DNA of 64,000 nucleotides, taken from positions 192,001 through 256,000 of the forward strand of contig CAVUCU010000005.1 in assembly GCA_963740085.1 (NCBI GenBank), read 5' to 3'. Below the pieces are notes generated by a model. The model ran no database searches. It worked only from the letters and a program-made list of their open reading frames with translations, and was not told where the DNA came from. The DNA is from Nitrospirota bacterium (GTDB taxonomy: Bacteria > Nitrospirota > UBA9217). Of the stretch, positions 50,776 through 60,519 are shown piece after piece (within the stretch, counting starts at the first letter, position 1; the number at the start of each line of letters is the position of its first letter). The translations under genes and the position numbers were made by a program.

Positions 50776-50792
50776 CTCATTACGCCTTTCAA

Positions 50793-51074
50793 CTACAGCG
50801 GGATCCTCTTCTCCCGTGCAATGTTTCTGAGGACGATCATGGCATTGTGCAGGCGCTGGAGCTTCATGTTCCTCGTTCTGAGGACAGCCTGATCAGTGAA
50901 ATCCGTCTTTTCGTTCCTCGTGCTGGTAAGCGCCTTGTTCAGGTGATCGTAAAGTTCCTTGACCATGGCCTTGTCGAATTTTTTAAGGAAAAGCGGGTTC
51001 ACCGAGATGTAGCCTTCGGCGACATCGATGGCTACCACCCTCATGCTCTTGCCCCTGAATCCGCTTTCCGCCAT
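50793..51074 (-). CDS. Hypothetical protein
   Basis: 93-aa ORF with coding-like composition directly downstream of HAMP gene. Confidence 0.6.
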   Translation of the reverse strand: MAESGFRGKSMRVVAIDVAEGYISVNPLFLKKFDKAMVKELYDHLNKALTSTRNEKTDFTDQAVLRTRNMKLQRLHNAMIVLRNIAREKRIPL

Positions 51075-51085
51075 GATGACCGCCC

Positions 51086-51640
51086 CTACCTTTTATCACA
51101 AGCCTTGATGGCATTTTCCAGGATATCCTGCGTGGTGCGCAGGCCCTCGATGTGCTTCTGAATTTCCTCACTGTCCGCGCCTTGCCGGACTTTTTCCTTG
51201 AGGGCCTCGATGCCCGCAAAAAGTTCCCGGGCGGTTTCCCGGATCAAAGCATGGGAGCTCCTGCTGTGATCACACAGACGGGTGACCGCCTTGCCAAGGT
51301 CCTTCAGGATGGGATCGTCCGAATCCCGCAGCCGCAGAGAAACATTGCTGTCTCCCTCCGCAAGGTGCTCGAGCATCCTGCGTATCCGTTGCAACGGCCC
51401 GATGAAGGTGTGGGAATACATCGTGCCGACAATGCCGACGAAGAACAGGAGGGTGATCAAAGCGATGGGGAAAAAAACGGAAAGTTGCACAATCTCGGCG
51501 AGTTTCTGGAAAACCTTCAACAGAAAGGTGTAGGCGCCCAGGACAACGAGAAGAAAGATGATAAACCGCAATTGCGGGCCTGCCGCGCTCAGATGGCTCT
51601 TACCCCTGCTTAGCGAGTGTCTCTTTCCGGTCGTCGGCAT
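51086..51640 (-). CDS. Two-TM HAMP domain protein
   Basis: Two TM helices, SH...GPL.RI...L..LA.GD....LRLR..D. Confidence 0.72.
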   Translation of the reverse strand: MPTTGKRHSLSRGKSHLSAAGPQLRFIIFLLVVLGAYTFLLKVFQKLAEIVQLSVFFPIALITLLFFVGIVGTMYSHTFIGPLQRIRRMLEHLAEGDSNVSLRLRDSDDPILKDLGKAVTRLCDHSRSSHALIRETARELFAGIEALKEKVRQGADSEEIQKHIEGLRTTQDILENAIKACDKR

Positions 51641-51828
51641 AAATTCTCTTCACCTTAATCAATACGTTATTGCACTCATGTCATTTCAGGTGGTCATGCC
51701 TGGCGCAAGACAAACCACGATTTGATTATACTGTTAACGGGCTGGCCGGTCAAGGTCATATTTGCAGGCGAATCGGCCGTCATGAAATACCCCTTGAAGA
51801 ACACGAAGCACTATGGTAGAGTTTCTTC

Positions 51829-52818
51829 ATGCCGCTTTACGACCCTCATAAAAGGCTCATCGACTATCTTCGGATCTCCGTCACAGACCGGTGTAATCTC
51901 TCGTGCTTATACTGTAAGCCCCGCGCCGAGATGAAGATGCTCTCTCACAGCGAGATCCTCTCCTATGAAGAGATCTCCCGGCTCGTGGCCCTTGCCGTGC
52001 CGTTAGGGATCTCCCGGGTGCGCGTGACCGGCGGCGAACCTCTGGTAAGGCGCGGGATCGTGGATTTCATCACATCGCTCCATACACTGCAAGGCATAGA
52101 GGATATCAGCATTACGACGAACGGCGTCCTGCTCGATGAGATGGCGGAAGGCCTTATCAAGACCGGGAAACTGCGGCTCAATATCAGCCTAGATTCGCTC
52201 AACCCGCGCACGTTCCGGGATATCACGGGCAGCGACAACTACGACCGGGTATGGCGCGGGATCAACCGGGCCGAGGAACTCGGATTTTCCCCGCTCAAGA
52301 TCAACATGGTCCCGGTCAGGGGCATGAACGATGCCGAAGTGGCAGACTTTGCGCGCCTCACGCTCGACCGTAAGTTCCATGTACGGTTCATCGAATACAT
52401 GCCCATCGGCGCGGATAAACGATGGCAAAGGGATTCATGCGTTCCCTCCAGCGAGATCCGGGAGAAAATAGAACGCGAACTCGGGCCGCTCAAACCTTTC
52501 TCATCGGGGAATTCCGCGGGCCCTTCTGACAATTTTCAACTCCCCGATGCCCTCGGGGTTATCGGGTTCATCAGCCCCATCACGCGGCATTTTTGTGAGT
52601 CCTGCAGGCGCCTCCGCCTCACGGCAGACGGGAAGATCAGGCCCTGCCTGCTTTCGGACACGGAAATCGATGTAAAGTCTCCCTTGCGCGGCGGGTGCGA
52701 TGATGCGGAGCTGGAACGATTGTTCAGGCTGGCTCTCGAGATCAAGCCCGACAGGCATTATATCAATGAGACCGAACCCGGTTGCTTCCAACGGACCATG
52801 TCGCGAATAGGAGGATGA
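51829..52818 (+). CDS. moaA: GTP 3',8-cyclase MoaA
   Basis: YLRISVTDRCNL.C.YC, TGGEPL, FC..C.RLRLT.DG...CL, C-terminal MSRIGG. Confidence 0.96.
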   Translation: MPLYDPHKRLIDYLRISVTDRCNLSCLYCKPRAEMKMLSHSEILSYEEISRLVALAVPLGISRVRVTGGEPLVRRGIVDFITSLHTLQGIEDISITTNGVLLDEMAEGLIKTGKLRLNISLDSLNPRTFRDITGSDNYDRVWRGINRAEELGFSPLKINMVPVRGMNDAEVADFARLTLDRKFHVRFIEYMPIGADKRWQRDSCVPSSEIREKIERELGPLKPFSSGNSAGPSDNFQLPDALGVIGFISPITRHFCESCRRLRLTADGKIRPCLLSDTEIDVKSPLRGGCDDAELERLFRLALEIKPDRHYINETEPGCFQRTMSRIGG

Positions 52819-52827
52819 GCAGTATAA

Positions 52828-52966
52828 AATAAAAATTTCAACTCCCAAGCTCCAGATAACGAATAAACGCCAGTAACCAAGCACCAAGGTCCAAACGTCT
52901 GGTTATTATTATTTGGTCCTTGGATATTATTTGTATTTGGATATTAATTTGGAATTTTCTTATTTC
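52828..52966. repeat. 7-nt-period inverted element (AACTCCC AAGCTCC AGATAAC ... TTGGTCC TTGGATA ... TTGGAAT)
   Basis: Between moaA and moaC. Confidence 0.7.
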
Positions 52967-52974
52967 ACACACTT

Positions 52975-53454
52975 ATGGCTAATTTTAACCATTTCGACAA
53001 AGAAGGCGCCGCGCGAATGGTGGACATTACCGCCAAAGATGAAACAGCCCGGGTGGCTGTGGCAGAAGGCCTCGTGTTCATGCAACCCGAGACACTTGCG
53101 CTTATCCTCGACCGCAACGTCGTCAAAGGTGACGTTTTTTCAGTGGCGCGCATTGCAGGCATCATGGCGGCAAAAAGGACACCCGAACTGATCCCCCTCT
53201 GCCATCCGCTGAATATCTCGTCCGTCAACATCGACTTCGAGCCGGACAAGGAGCGATCCTGCGTCCTGGTCCGCGCCACGATCAGGATCTTCTCGCGGAC
53301 CGGCGTGGAGATGGAGGCGCTCAATGCAGTCGCTTTAGCAGGCCTCACGATCTACGACATGTGCAAGTCAACGGACCGCACCATGACCATTTCCGATATC
53401 CGGTTGATGAAAAAATCAGGCGGCAAGAGCGGGACGTTTGTGCGAGAAAAGTGA
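52975..53454 (+). CDS. moaC: Cyclic pyranopterin monophosphate synthase MoaC
   Basis: ARMVDI..K, KGDV..VARIAGIMAAK.T..LIPLCHPL, TGVEMEAL, YDMCK, KSGGKSG. Confidence 0.96.
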   Translation: MANFNHFDKEGAARMVDITAKDETARVAVAEGLVFMQPETLALILDRNVVKGDVFSVARIAGIMAAKRTPELIPLCHPLNISSVNIDFEPDKERSCVLVRATIRIFSRTGVEMEALNAVALAGLTIYDMCKSTDRTMTISDIRLMKKSGGKSGTFVREK

Positions 53455-53822
53455 CGGGATCACCGGGAGCCCTGTGGCTACAGATGATGCATCCAGCTTA
53501 TGTATGACGGCATGCGGCGAAGTTGGATAAAAAGTGCAGGAAACGTTTCGATTGCTAGAACGCGTGAAGAAACATTTCAAGGGTCTTCATAAGAAATGCG
53601 CCGAGAAGAAGCCCGAGAAGCACTATTCCGATATACTTTAAGGTAGATTTCAATCGATCGTTCATCAAATCTCCGCATGAGCAAATAAAAGCAGACAATT
53701 ACCGAGCGTACCGTTGGCTTTTCGATGTATCGCAATTGCAATACTATTGACCCGCGCAAACCGCCTTTAGTTATTCCCGTGAAAAGCGTTTTCGGCCGCG
53801 CTTATTTCGGCGGACAATAATG

Positions 53823-54476
53823 CTAAGGGAAAACAGCTCCCTGCATCCGGCCGTGCTCTGTTTTTATATCGTATTCTTTCTGCTCTTCAACTAATTTATT
53901 CATCCGGATTCGGCTGAGGTCATCAATGCGTCGGTCGAGTTCAGCGCAGGTCCAGATCGGAGCCAATTCGGCAACATCGCGTGATATATCAGCGGCGGCG
54001 GCAACCGCCAGGTCGCGATGGCCGTTCTCATGCGTAACGAGATTTTTCATATATCTATCCCATTTGTCCACAAGCGCCGTGGGAGCGGCGTCGGTGTGCT
54101 CCCATCTGGGCAGACGAAAAACGACCTCAACCGTGATCGTGAAAGCCTCGACTGAGCAGGCGCCGGCAGTGTTGTTGCGATCGTAATGCCGCTTCATTTT
54201 CCAGCTCGTCATCGAGTCATATTTTTTCCCGTCGGTCCATTTGATGCATTTATTCTTCAGGTCGCATTGAAGGTCCTTTTCGCACAATCCGCAGACATCA
54301 TAGTAGACATATTTTTCATTCACCCTGGTGGGGACAATTTTATTCACTTTCCGGGACGCAATGCTATTTCCGGCCAATGCATCACCAGCGCCGCGGTCCC
54401 CGGCGAAGGCCGTTGTGAAAACGGACAAACATAAAAAAAGCAGACCGTATATCCGGAAAATACCTGGATAGCTCAT
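53823..54476 (-). CDS. Secreted DUF922 family putative Zn peptidase
   Basis: Signal peptide; LP.W....W......L..HE.GH...YD..T.HG..QG. Confidence 0.78.
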   Translation of the reverse strand: MSYPGIFRIYGLLFLCLSVFTTAFAGDRGAGDALAGNSIASRKVNKIVPTRVNEKYVYYDVCGLCEKDLQCDLKNKCIKWTDGKKYDSMTSWKMKRHYDRNNTAGACSVEAFTITVEVVFRLPRWEHTDAAPTALVDKWDRYMKNLVTHENGHRDLAVAAAADISRDVAELAPIWTCAELDRRIDDLSRIRMNKLVEEQKEYDIKTEHGRMQGAVFP

Positions 54477-54786
54477 AGTTCTTTCGTTTTTGTGAAGAGG
54501 GAATTTTATATATTATACACCAGGATCGATTGGATTCAAGAGAGAAGAAATGTCTGGTAGATCATGGTAAGCAATTTTTTCATCGCCCTTCTCTCCCGTT
54601 TGCTGCCGTACCTTTGCTCCTGCCAGTTGACTTTGTTCCCATCGTCTCCATTCCGGCAAAGCCGCTTCACAAACGAAACAAGGCAAGCCATCGGCCTGCC
54701 TTGTTTGACCACACGCTCATCAGCGTTAACCGTTTCGCGGACCATCCTCTCCGAACCAAAAGCGGGGCCTTTCGTCCGACCAAACC

Positions 54787-55995
54787 TCACTTGTCTTTTT
54801 GCTCCATCTTCGGCTTCAGCATATCTCCCAGCGTCCCCATGTTCTGGGGCTCTTCCTCCGCTTTTTGTTTATAGTCCTTCATCGTTGCGGCTTCCTCTTC
54901 CTCTGCGCGGCGGATCTCTGCCAGGGCAAGCGAGATCCTTCTCTGCGCCCGGTCCACCGCTTCCACCTGCACTTCTACGCTCTGACCCTCTTTCACCACC
55001 TCGCGGGGATGATTGATCCTTCTCCCGGCGCCCATCTTCGAGATGTGGATGAGCCCGTCCACGCCCTCCTTCAGGGTGACGAACGCGCCGAAGGCGGCAA
55101 TGCGGGAGACGGTACCGGCGTGGTATGAGCCGACGAGATAGGTGTCCGCAACGAGGTCCCAAGGGTCCGGCATCGCGTCTTTCAGGCTGAACGAAATGCG
55201 ATCATGTTCCCAATCCAGTTTCTTGATGATCACCTCGACTTCCTGGCCGACAGAGAGAAGGTCGCTGACCTTTTCGGTCCTGGTCCAGGCGATCTCCGAG
55301 ACCGGGAGCAGACCTTCCACGCCGCCGATATCGACAAAAGCGCCGAACTTCTGGATGGAGGTCACCTTCCCCCTTACCTTCTCCCCCTCTTTGAGCGTTT
55401 CCTTCAGCGCCTGTTTCTTCTCCCGTTTCTCCTGGTCCAGGATGGCCCTCCGGGAGAGCACAATGTTCCTGCCTCCCTCTTCGTACTCTGCAATGGTAAA
55501 TGACAGTGACCTGCCGATATAATCGGCCTGGTTCTCATCGCGCCGGATCCCCATCTGGGAAAAGGGACAGAAGGCCCGCACCGTGCCGCCGATCTTGACC
55601 TCGAATCCGCCCTTTATCTCCTTGGCTACCGTACCGTCGACCGGGATCCCGTTTTTCCACGCATCTTCAAGCTGGCTCTGTTTTCCCGGACCCGACCCGA
55701 TCTTGGTGGTAAAATGCATCTCATTGTTTTTCGAGGACAGGAAATAAGCACGGATCCTGTCGCCTTCTTTGACGAGCAGGTTCCCGGTATCATCGAGCAT
55801 CTCTTTCCTCTCGAGGTAGCCTTCGCCCTTGCCGCCGAGATCGAGGAATATCCAGTCTCCCGAGATCTTGACGATCGTGGTTTCGACCATCTGCCCAGGC
55901 TCCAGCCTGTCGCGCTGCACATAGCTCTTTTCGAACATGTCTGCGAAGTTCTCTTCGCCGCTTGCTGAATTTGCCGTCTTGTCGTTAGTCTCCAT
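54787..55995 (-). CDS. rpsA: 30S ribosomal protein S1, short four-S1-domain form
   Basis: Four S1 repeats (KGEG, RAFCP.SQ, FGAFVD.GG.EGL, FGAFV.L..G.DGL.HIS). Confidence 0.82.
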   Translation of the reverse strand: METNDKTANSASGEENFADMFEKSYVQRDRLEPGQMVETTIVKISGDWIFLDLGGKGEGYLERKEMLDDTGNLLVKEGDRIRAYFLSSKNNEMHFTTKIGSGPGKQSQLEDAWKNGIPVDGTVAKEIKGGFEVKIGGTVRAFCPFSQMGIRRDENQADYIGRSLSFTIAEYEEGGRNIVLSRRAILDQEKREKKQALKETLKEGEKVRGKVTSIQKFGAFVDIGGVEGLLPVSEIAWTRTEKVSDLLSVGQEVEVIIKKLDWEHDRISFSLKDAMPDPWDLVADTYLVGSYHAGTVSRIAAFGAFVTLKEGVDGLIHISKMGAGRRINHPREVVKEGQSVEVQVEAVDRAQRRISLALAEIRRAEEEEAATMKDYKQKAEEEPQNMGTLGDMLKPKMEQKDK

Positions 55996-56023
55996 AAAGT
56001 CCCTTTCACGTCACTTAATAATC

Positions 56024-56115
56024 AACACGAATGTAACGAATGCATCGAATGGCACGAATACTCTGGGTCAGGATCGTTTTCTTCGCGCAATTCGTTCCTT
56101 CGTGTCATTCGTGTT
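56024..56115. repeat. 9-nt-period inverted element (CACGAATGT AACGAATGC ATCGAATGG CACGAAT ... ATTCGTTCC TTCGTGTCA TTCGTG)
   Basis: Right arm lies inside the 3' end of rimO. Confidence 0.72.
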
Positions 56116-57435
56116 CCTGTTTTTTGTTTCCGCCATCAGATCATACTCCGTGGCATCGGTGATCGTCGCCTCGACGAACGTGCCGGGCTCCGCCTCGGTC
56201 TCGGAGAGATAGACCACGCCGTCGATCTCAGGCGCCTGCGTCTCCAGCCTCCCGATGAGCGCCATGTCCTCCATGCCGTCGATGAGCACGCGCCGTCGCG
56301 TTCCGATGAGCGCCCTGTTCTTCCTGAGCGAGCTCTTCGCCTGGGCCGTCATGATCCGGTCGAGCCGGTCCGCTGCCGTCTCTGCCGGGACCGGTAATGC
56401 AAGGTCAAAGGCCGCCGTCCCTTCTTCAGGGGAATAGGTGAACACGCCGAGATGCTCGAATTCGATTTCCCTGATAAACGAGAGCAACCGCTTGAAGGCG
56501 GCATCGGTCTCGCCGGGAAAGCCGACAATGAGCGATGTGCGAAGCGCGATACCGGGCACCCGCTTTCTGAGCTGCTCGATGGTCCTCCGTATATCTTCCG
56601 AGGTCCCGCGCCGGTTCATGGCTGAAAGCACCTTGTCGTCGTAGTGCTGGATCGGGATGTCGAGGTACTTGCAGATCTTCTCTTCCTCCGCCATGACCAT
56701 CATCAGCGCGGTGCTGATCCTGCCGGGATACGCGTACATCAGGCGCACCCATGCGATCCCTTTGATTCGCGTCAGTGCCTTCAGGAGCTTCGGCAGATCC
56801 GCCTCGCCATCCCGGTAGGCCGTGGAATCCTGGGCCAGCAGGACCAGTTCCTTCGCGCCCTCGTCCGCGAGCCTGCGCGCCTCATCCAGGATGGACCGGT
56901 ACGGCCGGCTGGTGAAATTCCCTCGGATGATGGGAATGGCGCAGTAGGAACAGCGGTTGCTGCATCCCTCGGCGATCTTGAGATACCGGTAATGGACCGG
57001 CGTGGTGCTGACGCGGGGAAGACCGTAAACCATCGTCGGCCCGGTTACCTTCACCAGGCGTTCTTTACCCGCGAGCGCCTGTTCACAGATCTCGCTGATC
57101 CGGCCGATCTCTCCCGTGCCGATCACCATGTCGGCCTCCGGCAGCTCCCGTAACAGTTCCTCTTTATACCGCTGCGCAAGACAACCCGCAATGATGACCT
57201 TCGCGCATTTTCCCTGTTCTTTCATCCTCGCGGCCTCGAGGATCGCTTCGATGGATTCCTCTTTGGCCGTTTCAATGAACCCGCACGTGTTCACCACGAT
57301 CACGTCCGCCTGGTTCTGCTCGGACGTTATTTCGAATCCCGACCCGGCGAGCAACCCGAGCATCTGCTCGGCATCCACCTGGTTCTTGGGGCAGCCGAGG
57401 CTGACCATGCCTATTTTATACGGTTTTTTTTTCAC
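56068..57435 (-). CDS. rimO: Ribosomal protein S12 methylthiotransferase RimO
   Basis: SLGCPKN.VD.E, NTCGFI..AK.ES, YLKIAEGC.N.C.YC.IP, APEIDG.V TRAM domain. Confidence 0.95.
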   Translation of the reverse strand: MKKKPYKIGMVSLGCPKNQVDAEQMLGLLAGSGFEITSEQNQADVIVVNTCGFIETAKEESIEAILEAARMKEQGKCAKVIIAGCLAQRYKEELLRELPEADMVIGTGEIGRISEICEQALAGKERLVKVTGPTMVYGLPRVSTTPVHYRYLKIAEGCSNRCSYCAIPIIRGNFTSRPYRSILDEARRLADEGAKELVLLAQDSTAYRDGEADLPKLLKALTRIKGIAWVRLMYAYPGRISTALMMVMAEEEKICKYLDIPIQHYDDKVLSAMNRRGTSEDIRRTIEQLRKRVPGIALRTSLIVGFPGETDAAFKRLLSFIREIEFEHLGVFTYSPEEGTAAFDLALPVPAETAADRLDRIMTAQAKSSLRKNRALIGTRRRVLIDGMEDMALIGRLETQAPEIDGVVYLSETEAEPGTFVEATITDATEYDLMAETKNRNTNDTKERIARRKRS

Positions 57436-57535
57436 AGCTCTGAAGATGCACGAACGCGTGGCAAACCCGAACAGGAGCGCTCACTGCGGTGATGACACTA
57501 TACCACCCGGCCCCTGCGCGGACAATGGAAAAAAA

Positions 57536-57993
57536 CTAAAACCCGCCGCTCAAAGCCAGGAAGCCCGCCATTTTTTCATTGGTCTCGCGTAAACGCTTCG
57601 AGAGGGTCTTCGTGAACGTCAAGAGAAGCTTATCCCCGAGCTCGTGGTCCATGGCAAGGATGTTATCCAGATCGGTCTTGTTGATCGCAATAAGCACGAC
57701 ATCGGTGTTCGCAATAGCGTGGGCTGAGCGCGGGAAGTTGTCGATCAGGGCCATCTCCCCGAAATAGTCCCCCACCTTCAGCACCGCAAGCGCCTCCTCA
57801 CCGATGTTCGGGATGAATTTGCTGATGCGCACTTCCCCCTTGATGATGAGGTAACACCGTTTCCGGGATCGTCTTCGAAGAACATCATCGTGTCCTTGGC
57901 ATGAGTTTCCTTGATGCAGATATTCCGGATCTTCTCCAGTTCTTTCGTGGTGAGACCATCGAACAGGTGTATCTTATTGAGCAGTTCACTCAT
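57536..57993 (-). pseudogene. Cyclic-nucleotide-binding domain protein with one frameshift
   Basis: MSELLNKIHLF..L...F.EDDPGN continues as CYLIIKGEVRISK...GDYFGEMAL...PRSA in another frame; 1-nt deletion near 57858. Confidence 0.8.
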
Positions 57994-58003
57994 CTTCCCC
58001 CCG

Positions 58004-58378
58004 CTACAAATGCGTACGGTCCATCTCGAATGCGTTCCGGATGAGCTCCACTTCCTGTTCCGCTGCCGTGGTGATGGCCACCACATCGAACCTGCAGGGG
58101 ACCTGATGAAGCTTTTTATATTTGATGTACGCAAGCGCCGCCTTGATCATCCGCTGCTGCTTGCGGGAAGTGACCGCAAGTTCCGGCGCGCCGAAGGCGT
58201 CGCTCGTTCTCGTTTTCACCTCAACGAACACCACGGCACCGTCGTGCAGGGCGATCAGGTCGATCTCACCGCTTCGCGTTCTGTAATTCCGTTCCAGGAT
58301 CCGGTATCCCTGTTTGGTCAAAAACCGCGCGGCCAGTTCCTCGCCTTCCCTGCCGAGAAGTTTTTTTAGCAGACTCAA
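58004..58378 (-). CDS. yraN: YraN family (UPF0102) endonuclease-like protein
   Basis: LG..GE..A...L...GY.IL.RN.R...GEIDLI....VFVEVKTR, RFDVVAI. Confidence 0.92.
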   Translation of the reverse strand: MSLLKKLLGREGEELAARFLTKQGYRILERNYRTRSGEIDLIALHDGAVVFVEVKTRTSDAFGAPELAVTSRKQQRMIKAALAYIKYKKLHQVPCRFDVVAITTAAEQEVELIRNAFEMDRTHL

Positions 58379-58390
58379 AGGGCCTCTCCG

Positions 58391-59068
58391 TTAGAGCATC
58401 CGGGAAACGGGATTGAACGTTTTGCGATGGACATCACAGGGTCCATGCTTTCGCAGAAGCGAGAGGTGCTCCTCGGTGCCGTAACCCTTATGTTTATGAA
58501 AATTGTAACGGGGATATTTTTTATGCAGCTCCAGCATTATGCGGTCCCGGGTCACCTTGGCAAGAATGGACGCTGCTGCGATGGAGTGGCTGCGACAGTC
58601 TCCCTTGATGAGCGACTTCTGCGGGAGCGGGACGCGCGGAAGGAAGATAGCATCAAGGAGCAGGTAATCGGGTTGCGGATTGAGCGCCTGGAGCGCCCGC
58701 TCCATGGCAATGATGGTCGCCTGAAGGATGTTCACGAGGTCAATGGTCCGCTCGTCGGCAATGCCGACGCCAAAGCAGACCGCCCGTTCTCGTATCACCT
58801 CGAAGAGACTCTCCCGCTCCTCTTCAGGGACCTGTTTGGAATCAGTGAGCCCGGGGATCAACAGGTCGACGGGCAGCACCACCGCAGCAGCCACAACCGG
58901 ACCGGCCAGCGGTCCCCTGCCCGCCTCATCCAGCCCGGCGATGCACCGGTAACCGTCCTTGCGCGAACTACGCTCGAAGTACAAGGGGTCGCACTCCAGC
59001 TCGTCGCCGAACAGATCAGCAGTGCGATCCGGATGTACATCACGAGGACGTGATCGGCCTAGAGGCAT
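58391..59068 (-). CDS. rnhB: Ribonuclease HII
   Basis: GLDEAGRGPLAGPV, DSKQ, NILQA, KGD....IAAASILAKVTRD, KGYGT. Confidence 0.96.
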   Translation of the reverse strand: MPLGRSRPRDVHPDRTADLFGDELECDPLYFERSSRKDGYRCIAGLDEAGRGPLAGPVVAAAVVLPVDLLIPGLTDSKQVPEEERESLFEVIRERAVCFGVGIADERTIDLVNILQATIIAMERALQALNPQPDYLLLDAIFLPRVPLPQKSLIKGDCRSHSIAAASILAKVTRDRIMLELHKKYPRYNFHKHKGYGTEEHLSLLRKHGPCDVHRKTFNPVSRML

Positions 59069-59083
59069 AGCGACCTCAATATG

Positions 59084-59200
59084 GGAAAAATCCCAAACTA
59101 TAAATCCCAAATCACAAACAATTTCCAATGATCAAAATAAAGGAATTTGATGCTTGTTGTTTGGGATTTATCTGGAGCCTGGTACTTGAGCTTTAGCGTT
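59084..59200. repeat. 7-nt-period inverted element (AAATCCC AAACTAT AAATCCC AAATCAC ... TTTGGGA TTTATCT GGAGCCT GGTACTT)
   Basis: Between rplS and rnhB. Confidence 0.75.
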
Positions 59201-59208
59201 TAACCTGC

Positions 59209-59604
59209 TTACTTCTGTTCAGCGATATCCGGCTGCGTCGCGCCTGCCACGGTTGCATAGACGCGCTCTTTCTCTTTGATCCTGGCGGCCTTGCCGCGCA
59301 GCGCTCTGAGGAAATAAAGCTTGGCCCGGCGGACCTTGCCCTGTTTGGCGATCTCGATCTTGTCGATCATGGGCGAGTGGGTCGGAAAGAGTCTCTCGAC
59401 ACCCACGCCGTAGGACAGCTTCCGGACCCGGATGAGCTCGCGTGCGCCTGTTCCCTGGCGGCCTATCACTACGCCTTCGTAGATCTGGATTCTTTCCTTA
59501 TCGCCCTCTACAACCTTCGCATGTACACGGATGGTATCTCCCACGCGGAAGTTCGGGATCACTTCTTTCAATTGCGCCTTTTCCAACGACTGTATGATGT
59601 TCAT
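59209..59604 (-). CDS. rplS: 50S ribosomal protein L19
   Basis: F.VGDT..V...EG.KER.Q..EG.VI, GVGVER.FP..SP, G.VRRAKLY.LR. Confidence 0.97.
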   Translation of the reverse strand: MNIIQSLEKAQLKEVIPNFRVGDTIRVHAKVVEGDKERIQIYEGVVIGRQGTGARELIRVRKLSYGVGVERLFPTHSPMIDKIEIAKQGKVRRAKLYFLRALRGKAARIKEKERVYATVAGATQPDIAEQK

Positions 59605-59623
59605 TGCAAACCTCCCTCACCTT

Positions 59624-59746
59624 AAACAATTTCTGAAGTTCTAAATTCTAAATCCTAAAAAAATAATGCCGGAAAAAAGATATTAACCTTTATTGATTTC
59701 GTTACTTGATATTGTTTAGGATTTCGATATTAGGATTTCGAACTTT
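59624..59746. repeat. 7-nt-period inverted element (AAGTTCT AAATTCT AAATCCT ... AGGATTT CGATATT AGGATTT CGAACTT)
   Basis: Between trmD and rplS; right arm supplies trmD stop. Confidence 0.75.
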
Positions 59747-60494
59747 CCCATTCCCGTTTCAGTTCCTCCAGTATCTTCCGGTCTTCATCCGTGAGCTCCG
59801 CGGTCGCCAGCAGGTCCGGCCTTTTCATGAGCGTCGCCTTGAGCGCCTCGCGTCGGCGCCACCTATCGATGTCTGCATGGTTGCCGGAAAGGAGCACGTC
59901 CGGGACCTTTCTGCCGAGAAACTCTGCAGGTCGCGTATAGTGCGGGTGATCAAGCAGCCCGTCTCCGAAGGAATCCCGGTAAGCCGACTCCTCGTCGCCC
60001 AGAACGCCGGGTAGGAGCCTTGCGGCCGCGTCGATCACCACGAGCGCCGCGAGTTCCCCGCCGGTGAGCACATAGTCGCCAATCGAAAGCTCTTCGTCAA
60101 CGAGGGAATCGATCACACGCTCATCAATGGCCTCGTAGTGCCCGCAGAGCAGGATGATCCTGCGCTTTTCCCCGGAAAGCTCTTCGGCTCGTTGTTGATC
60201 GAAAATCCTGCCTTGCGGCGAGAGCAGGATCGTGAGAAACGTTTCACCGGGATGCTCCGCTTTAAGCGCCTCAAAGGCACTGAAGATCGGCCCGGGCTTG
60301 AGCACCATACCGGCGCCCCCGCCATAGGGGCTGTCATCTGCGGTCTTGTGCTTGTCTTCCGCATAGTCCCGAATGTTCCGGACCGCAACGTTCAGGAGCC
60401 CTTTTTCCCTTCCCCGTTTGAGAATGCTCTCGTTCAGCGGACCCTCAAGCATCCCGGGGAACAGGGTGAGCACCTCAAAGTTCAGTCTTCGCAT
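59730..60494 (-). CDS. trmD: tRNA (guanine37-N1)-methyltransferase
   Basis: TLFP, DD.PYGGG.GM, LSPQG, CGHYE..DER, SIGDYVLTGGE, HYTRP, LLSGNH. Confidence 0.97.
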   Translation of the reverse strand: MRRLNFEVLTLFPGMLEGPLNESILKRGREKGLLNVAVRNIRDYAEDKHKTADDSPYGGGAGMVLKPGPIFSAFEALKAEHPGETFLTILLSPQGRIFDQQRAEELSGEKRRIILLCGHYEAIDERVIDSLVDEELSIGDYVLTGGELAALVVIDAAARLLPGVLGDEESAYRDSFGDGLLDHPHYTRPAEFLGRKVPDVLLSGNHADIDRWRRREALKATLMKRPDLLATAELTDEDRKILEELKREWESSKS

Positions 60495-60519
60495 AAGAAA
60501 CGGTGCCGTTGTATTCCTT

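Noticed and set aside
51640-51828. Moco riboswitch upstream of moaA
   Set aside because: The -10 box is 6 nt from the ATG, leaving no leader
53460-53820. Possible gene remnant between moaC and DUF922
   Set aside because: Only short interrupted frames with no family I can recognise
54530-54790. 84-aa ORF downstream of rpsA
   Set aside because: No motif or RBS support; cannot be distinguished from non-coding DNA
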